Shown: positions 1 to 11,315, numbered from the stretch's first letter. The stretch: 56,945 bases of DNA from Chiloscyllium plagiosum (GCF_004010195.1 NC_057718.1:93682230-93739174); one strand, 5' to 3'. The notes: generated by a model not told the origin, from the sequence alone. Program-made: numbers and translations.

Positions 1-281
1 CTTTTTCCCCGGGTACAACAGAGTGTTACAAGGGGACATAAATTTAAGGTGAAGGGTGGAAGGTATAGGGGAGATGTCAGGGGTGGGTTCTTTACCCAGA
101 GAGTGGTGAGGGCATGGAATGCGCTGCCTGTGGGAGTGGTAGAGTCAGAATCTTTGGTGACCTTTAAGCGGCAATTGGATAGGTACATGGATGGGTGCTT
201 AAGCTAGGACAAATGTTTGGCACAACATCGTGGGCCGAAGGGCCTGTTCTGTGCTGTATTGTTCTATGTTCTATGTTCTAT
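1..281 (+). mobile_element. CR1 (HER1-like) LINE 3' end: ORF2 C-terminus, 3' UTR and tail
   Basis: Frame 1 reads LFPRVQQSVTRGHKFKVKGGRYRGDVRGGFFTQRVVRAWNALP...FKRQLDRYM to TAG at 205-207; (TGTTCTA)n tail at about 259-281. Confidence 0.9.
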
Positions 282-890
282 CAATGTACTTTTAAGATGG
301 GGAGGGAATGGGTCTATTGATATTATCACTGGACTGTTAATCCAGAGACGCAGATCATGGTCTGGGGACCTGGGTTCAAATCCCACCATGGCAGATGGTG
401 GAATTTGAATTCAACTTTGAAAAAATCTGGAACTAAATGTCTATTGATGACCATGAAACCATTGATGATTGTTGGAAAAACCCATTTGGTTCACTAATGT
501 CCTTTAGGGAAGGAAACTGACATCCTTATATGGTCTGGCCTACATGTGACTCCAGACCCATAGCAATGTGGTTGACTCTTAACTGCCCTGTGGGCAATTA
601 GGGATAGGCAATAAATGCTGGCCCAGACAGTGACACCCATATCTTGTGAACGGATTTAAAAAAAGATGCTCATGAGATCATCATTGTTCCATAGCATGTG
701 ACCTGATTCCATAAAGAGCTCAGACGCCATCTTGTCGCAAGATCACTTAAAGCATGACACATTACTGGACATATGTTCCTCAATGAGCAATCTAATAGCT
801 AAAGGTGAGCCCAGACACTGACATGTCATAAATGTCATGTTTGTACATATTATAGCTATGTTAAACATCTGTTGGATTATTCAATACCAC
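282..890 (+). mobile_element. Unclassified LTR-like repeat 'X', copy 1 (split by a SINE)
   Basis: tcaatgtacttttaaga / gatgctcatgagatcatcattg...catctt and the 3' end align by eye with 1680-1732 plus 2387-2574. Confidence 0.4.
300..662 (+). mobile_element. tRNA-derived SINE ('SINE-B'), near full length
   Basis: B-box-like GGTTCAAATCC at about 373; body recurs at 10978-11315 and 28977-29195; A-rich end; TSD AAGATG at 294-299 / 663-668. Confidence 0.85.
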
Positions 891-1030
891 CATATTCTAA
901 TGTTTTGAGAGACAGTGCAAGCATTGCAGTATATGGTAAAACACCCTAATGGAGACAAAAATGACATCAGGTCAGGATTTACTGTGAATGTCAGGACTCT
1001 GATAGCAGGACAAGGATGCACTGAACAATG

Positions 1031-1255
1031 GGACTCAGAGGTCTGCCATTAAGACGGAGGGGAGGAGGAATAGTTTCTGTTCCCCAGCAAGCGCCAAAGA
1101 TTTAGCCACTGAATATGTTCAAGGCTCAGTTAGCAAGGTTTTTGATCTACAAGGGAGTTAAAGGTCATATGGGCCTAGCAGGAAGGTGGAGTTAAGATCA
1201 GCCATGACCTTACTGACTGGCAGAGTAAGCCGATGGGGCACCCATTATGTTCTTG
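1031..1255 (+). mobile_element. Old CR1 LINE 3' end
   Basis: gaatatgttcaaggc...gttaagatcagccatgacc...tggcagag resembles the CR1 3' UTR at 44030-44186. Confidence 0.6.
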
Positions 1256-1651
1256 GTCTCCACCAATGCTTGCTGAAATATTTTCTCTCGTAGAAACTTT
1301 CTGAAGGCAGCTTCTTAACTGGTCACCACCAAAGGCACTGTCCAATTAAAGACCGATTAGCAGCTTCACCCAGCGAGGATGGCACTGCTGAGGTAAATTG
1401 GAGACTTTGAGGGTGTCTCAACATGGAGTTTCCCTCAGAAATGTAAAATAAATGATTATTTCAAAGCGGGGTGGCAGTACATCCTCTGGAAAAGAGGGAA
1501 CATCCCTCTACTGAGATCATTGGGCTGCAGATGTGACCTTTGCTGTCAACCTTCACATTTTTGAGGCATCACACCCTTAATATTACCATCTCTATTAGGC
1601 TGAAAACTTCTGTGTCAGGTAGGAAGTGGAGGGGTTGGTGTTTGAAGGAAA

Positions 1652-2574
1652 CGTTGTGTTATGTCTCACAGTCAGTATGTCAATGTACCTTCAAGAGATA
1701 TACTCATGACATCATCACTGACTAATGATATGTTTGACGATGCTGCCCCCTTAAGAGGTTATTTTGTCCTTTTTTTATTAAGAGCGGTTGTAAAGCAGAG
1801 GAGGAGAGCTGTCTCTAAGAAAGTCAACAATTTGTGAGACCTTGTGATTTATTTTTAAAGTTGTAACAATGGAAGCAGCCTGGGCATGGCCAGCTCTCTC
1901 AGACCAGCCTTTCTCGTCTCTTTTGTAGTTTTCAGGTTTAGCTTTGAGCAGAAGCCATTTGGGTCTCAAAAGAGGTGGTTGTTCAGTGAGTGTTGCCTAG
2001 CTGCTACTCTCTCTGAATTTTCTCTTGATCTTGTTGACTCGTGAATTGGAGAACTGCATGTAAGAATCTGTGTCTGAATTTTCCTTTTTGCCAAATGGTG
2101 TTTATGGGATGTTATTATATTAGTACAGTTAATTAGTAATAAGTACTGTATTTATTATTTAGTTAAGTTTTCCAATAGTTAAGTTATTCTAAATTCCTCT
2201 TTCTTTTGTTTGTGTTTTAACTATAGTGTTTAAATAAATTGTTTTGCTTAATGTCAAGTAGTTTAACATCTGTCAAGTAGTTACATCTGAAACAAGCACT
2301 TCACATCTACCATTGAAATAAGAAAAAGTTAGACTTTAGGCTATCTTCTTAAAATATTTTGAGGGGGCCTGGTCTGGTCCATAACATGTGTGAACTGAAA
2401 TTACAAAGGTCTCATACTCCATCTAACCTCAAACCATAAACCTATAGAAGAACCATGCTTTCCTGTTGTAAACTACCTGCTTAATATTGTCACAGACACT
2501 ATGATAACTGAAGAATGTGGTTTTGTCTACAATATTTAGCTGCACTAAATATATTTTGACTCTTGAACATCACA
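1652..2574 (+). mobile_element. Unclassified LTR-like repeat 'X', copy 2 (interrupted by a solo LTR)
   Basis: Imperfect inverted termini cgttgtgtt ... aacatcaca; similarity to 282-890. Confidence 0.4.
1733..2386 (+). mobile_element. Solo LTR (Gypsy-like)
   Basis: Ends ...GGTCCATAACA; AATAAA at 2233; flanks TATG/TGTG (4-bp TSD, 1 mismatch); collinear with 49948-50563. Confidence 0.75.
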
Positions 2575-3259
2575 ATATCCCTATCTAATTTCTTAGGGAG
2601 ATAACATAAGCATTTCTGCATCAGGAAACACGATGACTTTGCTATTTTACATTAAACGTACATCATGCTTGCACAGTAGCCTCCTAAAGAAGCTCTAATC
2701 TCTTTATGGCAGGTACTTGGAAAACTAATGGAAGACCGAGTGGACAACAGTTTTGGACAACAGAGAATTTAGACAAAGGAAAAGTATCTCATTCTTAAAC
2801 AAATAATTTCTGTGAGTACACTTTGCTGTATAGATCTATAGATACAATATTTAACACTAGGAAAGCAGAACTAATTTATTTTTGATTTAGAATATACTTT
2901 CCGACAAAACAAAACACATTTCTAAAATTGCCTTAATTACAAGAAAGAAATCAATGCAATGTAGTGATGAAGCTAGTGCAATGCAGAAGTGAAGTTGTGG
3001 GGAGGAGGGGAGGGTTGCTGATATATTCTATTCCTAAATGTCAATCGAAAAGTAACAGTTTGTCAAGCCAGTAGCTGCAGAGTTTATGATGCTTAAAGGA
3101 AGAGCAGTTACACTGAAATGAAGTCAGGGACACATGGCTTAAGGTGATACATTTTAAAGACGGAATCATGGATGCATTCACACTTGGATTTCAGCGAAGA
3201 CGATTGAATTGAAGATCACTTGAGGTGATGAGACCTACCCTCTGCTCATGTGGGAAATG

Positions 3260-3995
3260 ACCTTGGCATTTAGGAAGTGGTACTGGAGGACTGGAGAATT
3301 GCAAACATTCTGAGGAAGACCCGAAACGTTATCTCTGATTTCTCTCCACAAATGCTGCCAGACCTGCTGAGCTTTTCCAGCAATTTCTGTTTATGTTGCA
3401 AACATTACACTCTTGTTCAGGAAAGGGTCCTAAAGGTAAGTCCAACTATTGCAGATCAATCAGCTTGACCCTCAGGGTGGGGGAACATCAAGATACAATT
3501 ATTCTGGATAGAAGTAACAGCCTTGTGGAAAAATGTAGGTCAATTCAGAGAAGTAAGCATGGACTCGGTAAGGGCAAATCATGTTTATCTAACATGCTAG
3601 AGATTTCAAAGAGTTAACCAATGAAGAGTTAACGAACAACATCAAGATGGCTGATGTGATGTACATGGACTTCCAAAAAACATTTGATACAGTGCCACAA
3701 AACAGACTTATGAGTAAAGTTACAGATCCTGGAATAAAAGGGATTGTAATAATATGGATATAAAGTTGGCTGAGAGATAGGAAACAGAATATTTGCTCAT
3801 GCTTTTTTTGGGCCAGAAGGAGAGTTGTAATGAAGTTCTTAAGAGATCAGTATTGAAACCCTTTCTTTTCCATATATCTGATTTGGTGATCATTTCAAAG
3901 TTTGCAGATGACACATAAGTTGGGAGATTTGTAAATTTTGAGAAGGACAATGTAGAACTTTAAAAGGATGTTGGCATGTTGGTGGAGTGGGCCAT
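3260..3995 (+). mobile_element. Decayed CR1 ORF2 reverse-transcriptase fragment
   Basis: V.EDWRIAN, NY...ISLT, HG..KGKSCLSNMLE, DV.YMDFQK.FD.VP and SKFADDT motifs across frameshifts. Confidence 0.85.
3310..3395 (+). mobile_element. Short Penelope-derived insert (family C), hammerhead with deleted stem II
   Basis: 11-bp TSD TTGCAAACATT at 3299-3309 / 3396-3406; begins CTGAGGAAGACCCGAAACGTT. Confidence 0.8.
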
Positions 3996-4047
3996 AAATG
4001 TCTTAATTATTCTGAGGTAGTCTTCTGCCAACTCCCTTTTTTCCTGA

Positions 4048-4225
4048 TCTGGAGATGCCAGTGTTGGACTGGGGTGGACAAAGAGAAGTCAACCAATACC
4101 AGTTTACAGACCAACACGTTTATTTGAAATCACAAAATTTCAAAGCGCTGCTCCTTTGTCACCTGACAAAATCTTGTAATTTCAAATTAACCTGTTGGAA
4201 TGTAACCTGGTGTCATGTGACTTCT
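4048..4225. mobile_element. Degenerate fold-back Penelope-derived element (family B)
   Basis: ggagatgccagtgttggactggggtggacaaag... followed by an inverted arm aacctgttggaatgtaacctggtgtc; same layout as 44453-44657. Confidence 0.7.
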
Positions 4226-4289
4226 ATCCTTTTTTCAGAGAGTCAATGCTATCTGTATTTCTAGAGTTTCTTCATTGGACACCCTTGTA

Positions 4290-4980
4290 TCACTTCACAA
4301 AAAGAATCAGGACCAAGTCATTCATCTCTTTAAGTCTGATCTGCCCAACAATATAATTGTAGCTAATTTTCTACCTTAATGCAAACTTTCCTCGCAATCC
4401 ATACATTAATGTGCCCTCTAACCTGAATGATCTTGGGGATGTGCAGCAACTTGAAGATTGTACTTGAGATGAACCTTGTAAGTTATTGAGTATCTGTTAC
4501 TGTCCACTAAAACTTAAAGAAAACTTAAACAGATCACCCAAGCATTTCACCTTACAATTAGAAAAGATACTGCCCCATTTCCCTCAAGTCCATCAGTATC
4601 CAGTCATCTATCATAAATGAATACCCATTGCTCTCTGGTTAGAGCATGCCAAAGACTCACAGTCTTTCAAGTGAAAAAAGGCCTTCATAACTCAATCCTA
4701 AATGGCCTAAAACTGATTCCTAGTTTGTTGACACCCCAGCCAGGGAAAACGTCCTCTCAGAATCTACTCTGTTGAGTCATTTGATAATTAGTGCTTCAGT
4801 TAGCTCAGCGGTCTTCAACATATGTTTACCCAATCACTCCATCTGAAACAAACACTCTTTCGCAGGAATCAACTAGTGTACCTTTGTAAATTCTAAAGCC
4901 TAAAACAAAATGTCCATTCTTAAATGAAATCCCACTGCTTAACAATCCAGAGCGTACTCATTGTTGCACTAACTACATAT
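4290..4980 (-). mobile_element. Old CR1 3' fragments
   Basis: Degenerate similarity to minus-strand CR1 ends at 28282-29270 and 38293-39225. Confidence 0.45.
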
Positions 4981-5259
4981 TTCACGTAATCATTTGAGCT
5001 GGAAGTTGTTAAATACATGCACAAGAACCTGTTCTCTGTAGAAAAATATCACTCATTCTAGCCTTGCATCCTTGTTGAATTATCAGGCAGTGTGGATGCC
5101 TATCGTTCCTGGTTGCTTTTCATGGCAATGCCTCAAGCAATCAGAGTAAATTTACCAACCACCCAGCACCCTACCATTTCCCAAGTATGAATTGCTATGA
5201 TCCTGTGAAATTTGGGAGCAGTGAGGTGTGGACTCTTTTGGATAATATCTGCAGATTAT

Positions 5260-5510
5260 CCCATGGCATTGTTTCAAAGGGGAGTTATCATGGGTGTCTT
5301 GGAAATATTCATTCTTCCATCAACGTAACTAAAGCAGAGTGTACCTGGCCATTACTGTGTTGCTGTATGTGGGAGCTTGCTAAGTGGAAATTGGTTGTAA
5401 TGATTCCTACATTACAATAGTGATGACATGACAAAAATATCTCACTGGCTGTAAAGGTCTTTGAGACATTAGGTTGGTGTAAAAAGAGATATGTAAATGT
5501 AATTTTGTTT
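5260..5510 (+). mobile_element. DeuSINE (SacSINE1/AmnSINE-like), 3' part
   Basis: Deu-domain-like ccatggca...ggagttatc...tgctgtatgtgggagcttgc...cctacattacaa...ctggctgtaaag..tttgagac. Confidence 0.7.
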
Positions 5511-5789
5511 TACTAATGTTAATGTTGCCTGTTAGTTAAGTTGTCACTATGCTGTTGGGCCCGGGTTAGTCCTTAAATCCTTCTGTATGAAGTAATGAGA
5601 GTTTAATTGATACTTTTTGATTGTATAGCGTTTCTGAAAGATTTACCAAAGGTTAATAAGCACTTGCCTGTGTGGAATTTGGGAGGATGTTTCTCATAAT
5701 CAGGAAAGGGCTTTTTCAAAATAAAGAGTTCTCCAATTTAAAATTAAGATGGGGATAGGCTTTTATAAAATCAGGCTATGGAATTCTGC

Positions 5790-6737
5790 AATGGATGTTG
5801 GGTCAGTGAATGTTGGCTCAGTGAATGTTGGGTCACTTGATTTTGGGTCAGTTAATGTTGGGTCAGTGAATGTTGGATCAGTTGATGTCATGTCAGTGGA
5901 TGTTGAGTCAGTGAATGTTGAGTCAGTGAAATTTGGGTCAGTTGATGTCGAGTCAGGAGATGTCAGGTCAGTGGATGTTGTGTCAGTGAATGTTGGGTGA
6001 GTAAATATTGGGTCAGTGGATGTTGGGTCAGTTGATGTCGCGTCAGTGGATGTTGAGTCAGTAGATGTTGGGTCAGGTGATGTCGGGTCAGTTGATGTTG
6101 GATCAGTTGATGTCGGATCAGTGGACGTTGAGTCAATGAATATGGGGTCAGTGAATGTTGGGTCAGTGGGTGTTGGGTCAGTGAATGATAGGTCAGTTGA
6201 CATCGGGTCAGTGAATGTTGGGTCAATTGATGTTGCGTCAGTGAATGTTGAGTCAGTAAATGTTTGGTCAGTTGATGTTGGGTCAGTTGATGTTGGGTCA
6301 GTTGATGTTGGGTCAGTTGATGTTGGGTCAGTTGATGTTGGGTCAGTTGATGTTGGGTCAGTTGATGTTGGGTCAGTTGATGTTGGGTCAGTTGATGTTG
6401 GGTCAGTTGATGTTGGGTCAGTTGATGTTGGGTCAGTTGATGTTGGGTCAGTTGATGTTGGGTCAGTTGATGTTGGGTCAGTTGATGTTGGGTCAGTTGA
6501 GGTTGGGTCAGTCGATATTGGGTCAGTCGATGTTGGGTCAGTGGATCTAAAGTTAATGGATGTTAAGTTAGTGGATGTTGGGTCAATGAATGTTGGGTTA
6601 GTGGATGTTTTGTCAGTGGCTGTTGGGTCAGTGGCTGTTGGGTCAGTGGATGTTGAGTTAATGAATGTTGAGTCGATGGATGTTGGGTCAGTGGATGTTA
6701 AGTTAGTGAATGTTAGGTCTGTGAATGTTGGGTCAAT
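5790..6737. repeat. 15-bp minisatellite (GGGTCAGTTGATGTT)n, about 63 units
   Basis: About 15 perfect units at 6266-6500 with degenerate flanks; source of the TDPTS, VGSVD and MLGQL repeat ORFs. Confidence 0.97.
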
Positions 6738-6825
6738 GAGTGTTCCCAAGGCCATATTACAGAGAGTTTTGGTCAACAAGGGAATCAAGAGTTGTGCTGG
6801 ATAGAGAGAAAAATGTAGTTTATGA

Positions 6826-7272
6826 CTGATAGATTTGTACAGCACAGTAACCTTTGGTCCAACCAATTAGATATTCTAAAGTAATCTAACCCCATTTGCC
6901 AGCATTTGACCCATATCCCTCTAAACCTTTCCTATTCATTTACCCATCCTGATACCTTTTAAATGCTAAAATTGTACCAGCCTCCACCATTTCCTCTGGC
7001 AGCTCATTCCATACCCGCACCACCTTCTGTGTGAAAAGATTGCCCCTAATATCCGTTTTAAATCTTTCCCCTCTCATCTGACAGTTATGCTCTCTAGGTC
7101 CCACTTACCCTGGGAAAAAGACCTCAGTGACTCACCCTATCTGTACCTCTCATAATTTTATAAACCTCTATAAGGTCATCCCTCAGCCTCTGATGCTCCA
7201 AGGAAAAGAACCCCAGCCTATTCACTCTCTCACTATAGCTCAAATACTGAAGTCCTGGCAACATCCTTGTTA
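6826..7272 (-). mobile_element. CR1 (HER1-like) LINE 3' end
   Basis: Reverse complement of the CR1 3' region at 16840-17322. Confidence 0.9.
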
Positions 7273-7824
7273 ACCTTAGATCCCCTGTCAGCCTCTCTGC
7301 TCCAAGGTGTACAATCCCAGCCTATCCAATCTGTAGTGATTGGAACTTGAGGCCATAATTGGATCAGCCTTGATCTATTTGCATGAAGGAGCAGGTTTAA
7401 GAGATTGAATGGCTTACTTCTGCTCTAGTTTCATATAACCTCAATTTTTTGCAAATAAATGGTGGAAAATAAAGAGGCTCATCAGCAAAATAAATCTCAG
7501 CTAACATTGTCCTTATGCATCAGTATGAATGACATAAACAAAGAAAGTATATAATTAAAGATAGGACAGGACAAGAGTGAAGCAATTGATAAAACAAAGT
7601 AAGGGAGATATATCTGTTAGTGCACATGAAAAAGGGCAAGTCATTGAAATTCTCCTTGTATTTTAATTGTTATGTCATAATGTGTAGAATTGTGTGGATT
7701 GTCACTAGAGGCGGGGGGGGGGGGGGGGAGGTGAGAGTAATGTACAAATCCAGGCAGCTTCCAGAGTCAGTTCAGATTCTATAAGGTTTGAGCAGTCTGC
7801 TTGGAAATGGAAAATATTGGCAGA

Positions 7825-7955
7825 ATACTACAAACTGTGGAAATTGAAAATAAAAATAGAATGTGCTGGAAATACTCAGCAACTCTGTCAGCATCCGTGA
7901 AAAGAGAAGCAGAATTAATGTTTGAAATTAAATGCGACTGTTTCTCACACAATGA
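7825..7955 (-). mobile_element. Old short Penelope-derived element (family C-like)
   Basis: gaatgtgctggaaatactcagca...agcatccgtgaaaagagaagcagaattaatgttt resembles 22365-22490. Confidence 0.55.
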
Positions 7956-8439
7956 AATTGCTTCTGGAGTCTAATCATATGCTGGGTTGATGTGAACACT
8001 CTGCAATACCCTCTGACACTGGGTTCGCTGTCAGAGATGTGGGTCAGATACATGGCCCCTTCTTCATATTTACCCAGGAATTATCGCCTCGGTCAATATC
8101 TGGTTGAACTCAAGAAATTAGCCAGTGTAACCTGAGCTGAACACCACAATCAAAACCCTCAACCAATTCCACCCAACTCTAACTCTCTCTCATCGCAATG
8201 TTTTGATCATGTGATTTGGGAGGACTGAGAATTTCAAAGCCACGGGCAATCTTCCCAGCTGTCATTGCGAAGGAAAACTCATTTCCTACTGCACCCACCC
8301 CGCAACTTTGCCTTCTGTGACTCTCCTTGTGCCAAATCCTAATCTAAAACTATCTTCCTTCCTCTATGTGTAGGAAAGCTAGCATGTGGGAATGAGGAAT
8401 CAAGTAATTTCAGAAATTCAAGCAATCATCTTCAACATC

Positions 8440-8712
8440 ACCATCCAAATCTATCTAGAAAGTCAAGAGCAGCAGGTCCATGGGAGCCTTGCAAGTTCCC
8501 CTTCAAATCACTTCCCAACTTGGAAATATATTGCCATTCCTTCAGTGTCACTGGGTCAGAATCCTGGAGTGCCCTTCCAACTGACATTATGGATCTAATT
8601 ATACCCCAAGGAGTGCAGTTGAGGGCAGTTCGCCACCATTTTCTCAAGGGGTGTTTAGGGGTGGTCAATAAATGGTGGCCCAGCTAGTGATATCACATTC
8701 CATGATGAGTTT
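8440..8712 (+). mobile_element. LINE-B 3' end
   Basis: Collinear with 55680-55970 (cttggaaatatattgcc.ttccttcagtgtc...ttctcaaggg...caataaatg). Confidence 0.8.
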
Positions 8713-9835
8713 GAACCAGATGAGATGGGATGTTAGTTTGAGCTGATGGGACCAGAGCAAAAGGGCTGTGGGTGGGTAAGGCGACATGGCTTAGCAGGAA
8801 AAGTGGGCAGGTTTGCACCTCAATGACTCTCCTTCACTGTCTTCCTTCTTACCATTGCTCCCAGAACTCGCTGTTCTCCCTCACCTTTCTCAAATGTTGG
8901 TGTTGTAAGACCCGCAGCTCAATAGCGTACAAATTGAACAGCATTAAACCAACACAATAAGTGGCAGATTCCCAATTTATTTTGCCAGTGTCTATCAAAA
9001 TCTAAGTGATAAATAATTGTCAGCTTGGTTTCTGAAAGATACAATTGACTTGTCTGGTAGCTTTGTGTGCATTCTATGTGAAAGCTTTCTGTAACAAATT
9101 TGGACTTGCCACTGATCAGGTTCAATCCTTCTTTTATGTGGTCTGAGACTCATTAATGACAGTTGGCTCACACAGTGCTCCATATCTTCTCGCGCTCTAT
9201 ATGACCTGGGGGTGAAACTGAAACACCCTTGTAATCCATAACAGATCTCCACATATTTCTTCAATCACTTTAAAATGTGCAATATGTTAGCACATATCAA
9301 ATGGTTTAAATCCTTAAGTGGCTTCATTCCACCGGGAGACAAACACATGATCAGTACTTGGTTCAATTGGTACAGCTGATCTCTACATAATAAGATAATC
9401 TAAAATTAATGAACATGTCAGCAGTGGGTTGATTTATTTAATCTAATTTAAATAAAACATTTCCTGTATTCTTCCAGGGGAGATCTCCTCTCTCTTCAGT
9501 CTTCTGTCTTTTTCTCCATTCCTTGAGTATTTCCCGTTTCCAAAAATAAGGTGTCCTTTTGCTGACAGTATCACTCTTCCTCATTCGCACTCGTTCCAAA
9601 GAACAGAACTTTTATCCAGAGCATGGAATGGGCAGTGTTTGACTGGCTGTGCAAACAAAAGGTAGAAACAATTTTCTTGCAGTGACACTTTGTCTGAATG
9701 CCATCTTCCAACTCAGGCAAATATTAATTATTGCTGAAGCATTCAGCATTATAAATAACTCCCATTTTCAAGGCTGCATTTATCAGCACTGTCACTAGGG
9801 GCGCAGCAATTGTGCATGAGACCAGCCACTGCAAA

Positions 9836-10352
9836 CACATGATCAGTACTTGGTTCAGTTGGTACAGCTTATCTCTACATAATAAGATAATATAACATTA
9901 ATGCAGACTTGCAGAGTTACATTGTACTTTGCTCAAAAACTGCATGAATTCATGTAAGACTCTGTTATCTCACTTTTTTAGTGTACAATCAGTCTAAACA
10001 TTATGGCAAAGACAAAGAACACAGGGGGCTAACACCTTCAGCATATTGTCTACCTAACACCAATTGTTACAGTTAACCTGAGAATGCAACTTTTAAAAAA
10101 AGGTTTTGTGATTTACACATGAAAGAAGTGGAACTATCATAGTATTCTAACAGATGAAAGTCACAACAAACAAGTAAGGTATTATTCAATGTATAATTTC
10201 AGTTACATCACGCTGTAAACTTTTGCTATAAATTCTGTGCCTGACAATTGTGCCCTCCACAACCACCTGATGAAGGAGTGGTGCTCTGAAAGCTACTGCT
10301 TCCAATTAAACCTGTTGGGCTATAACCTGGTGTTGTGTGATTTTTTTAACTT
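9836..10352 (+). mobile_element. Penelope-like element (family B) 3' fragment with captured local DNA at its 5' end
   Basis: 9904-10352 is collinear with 14200-14654; hammerhead motif at 10264-10298; 12-bp TSD AGCCACTGCAAA at 9824-9835 / 10353-10364. Confidence 0.85.
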
Positions 10353-10454
10353 AGCCACTGCAAAGCTATGGAACAACAGCTGCCAGGACCAAAGATGGCA
10401 CCGCCCATATAATAACAGTGCTGTTTGGAACTGACACCTGAACAGTCATTTGTA

Positions 10455-10555
10455 GCCTTTCCCAATGAAGGGCTTCTGCACGAAACATCAGTTTTCCTGT
10501 TCCTCGGATGCTGCATGGCCTGCTGTGCTTTTCCAGCATCACTCTAATCTTGACA
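10455..10555 (+). mobile_element. Short Penelope-derived element (family A), degenerate hammerhead
   Basis: ccaatgaagggcttctgcacgaaacatc...cctcggatgctgc...tgctgtgcttttccagc. Confidence 0.75.
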
Positions 10556-10768
10556 TTGGTAGATTCAAGCCCAGCCTGTGGATAGGAAGAGAAATGGGAA
10601 CAAATGGGAATGCAACTTCAACAATGAGAGAGCAAGCAGTCAACCTGCGACTTCTGTTCAGGGAGAAATAATACCACTTGTTTAACTGTTATAGAACTGC
10701 CTTGTGCATTTTCTACTATTGGATGTACAGCGCTAGAAATGATTCCGTTTAATTAGATATCTGGGCAC

Positions 10769-10940
10769 ATTGTAAAAGCCCATCTGGTTCACTAACATCC
10801 TCTCAGGATGGAAATCTGCCTTTCTTACCTGATTTGACCTATATGTGAGTCTTAACTGCCCTCTGGGCAACTAGTGCTGGCCAATAAACACTGACCTAGC
10901 TAGTGATGCCTGCATCCCATGAAGAATGTTTTTTTTGAAA
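10769..10940 (+). mobile_element. SINE-B, 3' half
   Basis: Matches 470-660. Confidence 0.75.
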
Positions 10941-10977
10941 AGTCAGTGCAGAGCAGATCTTGATTTAATTGAAGGGA

Positions 10978-11315
10978 TTTTTTTTTACTCATTTATGGGA
11001 TGAGGGCATTGCTGACTGGACCAGCAATAATTGCTCAGAGGACAATCAAGAGTCAACCACATTGCTGTGGATCTGGAGTCACATGTAGGCCAGACCAGAT
11101 AAGGATAGCAGTTTCCTTCCCTAAAGGACATTAGTAAACCAGATGGCTTTTTCCCAACAATCATTAATGGATTAATAGTCATCATTAGACTCTTAATTCC
11201 AGATTTTCTATCGAATTCAAACTCCATCGTGGTATGATTTGAACTCAAGTCCCCCAAACATTGCCCCAGCCTCTAGATTAACAGCCCAGTGATAATATCA
11301 CTAGGCTACTGCCTC
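10978..11315 (-). mobile_element. SINE-B, near full length
   Basis: Reverse complement of 300-662; tRNA-like head gaggcagtagcctagtgatattatcactgg; poly-A tail. Confidence 0.85.

Larger units (their letters stand above)
5700..7436 (+). mobile_element. Old CR1 3' end split by a minisatellite and a younger CR1 (pieces at about 5700-5790, 6738-6820, 7340-7436)
   Basis: tatggaattc...tggatgttgggtca continues after the array as caaggc...ttttggtcaacaagggaatcaag, then the tail ggatcagccttgatct...ggagcagg...gaatggcttacttctgctc. Confidence 0.6.

Noticed and set aside
6266..6500. Regular repeats as a CRISPR array
   Set aside because: Head-to-tail tandem units with no unique spacers, no cas genes and a vertebrate context.
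5763..6866. 367-aa Thr/Ser/Asp/Pro-rich ORF as a mucin-like gene
   Set aside because: The frame is open because of the 15-bp period. Both ends lie in CR1 debris, there is no signal peptide or convincing splice context, and the opposite strand is similarly open.
7711..7731. Poly-G run (also poly-C at about 43253-43268 and 55263-55298) as functional G-quadruplexes
   Set aside because: Simple homopolymer expansions with error-prone length; one lies inside LINE-B.
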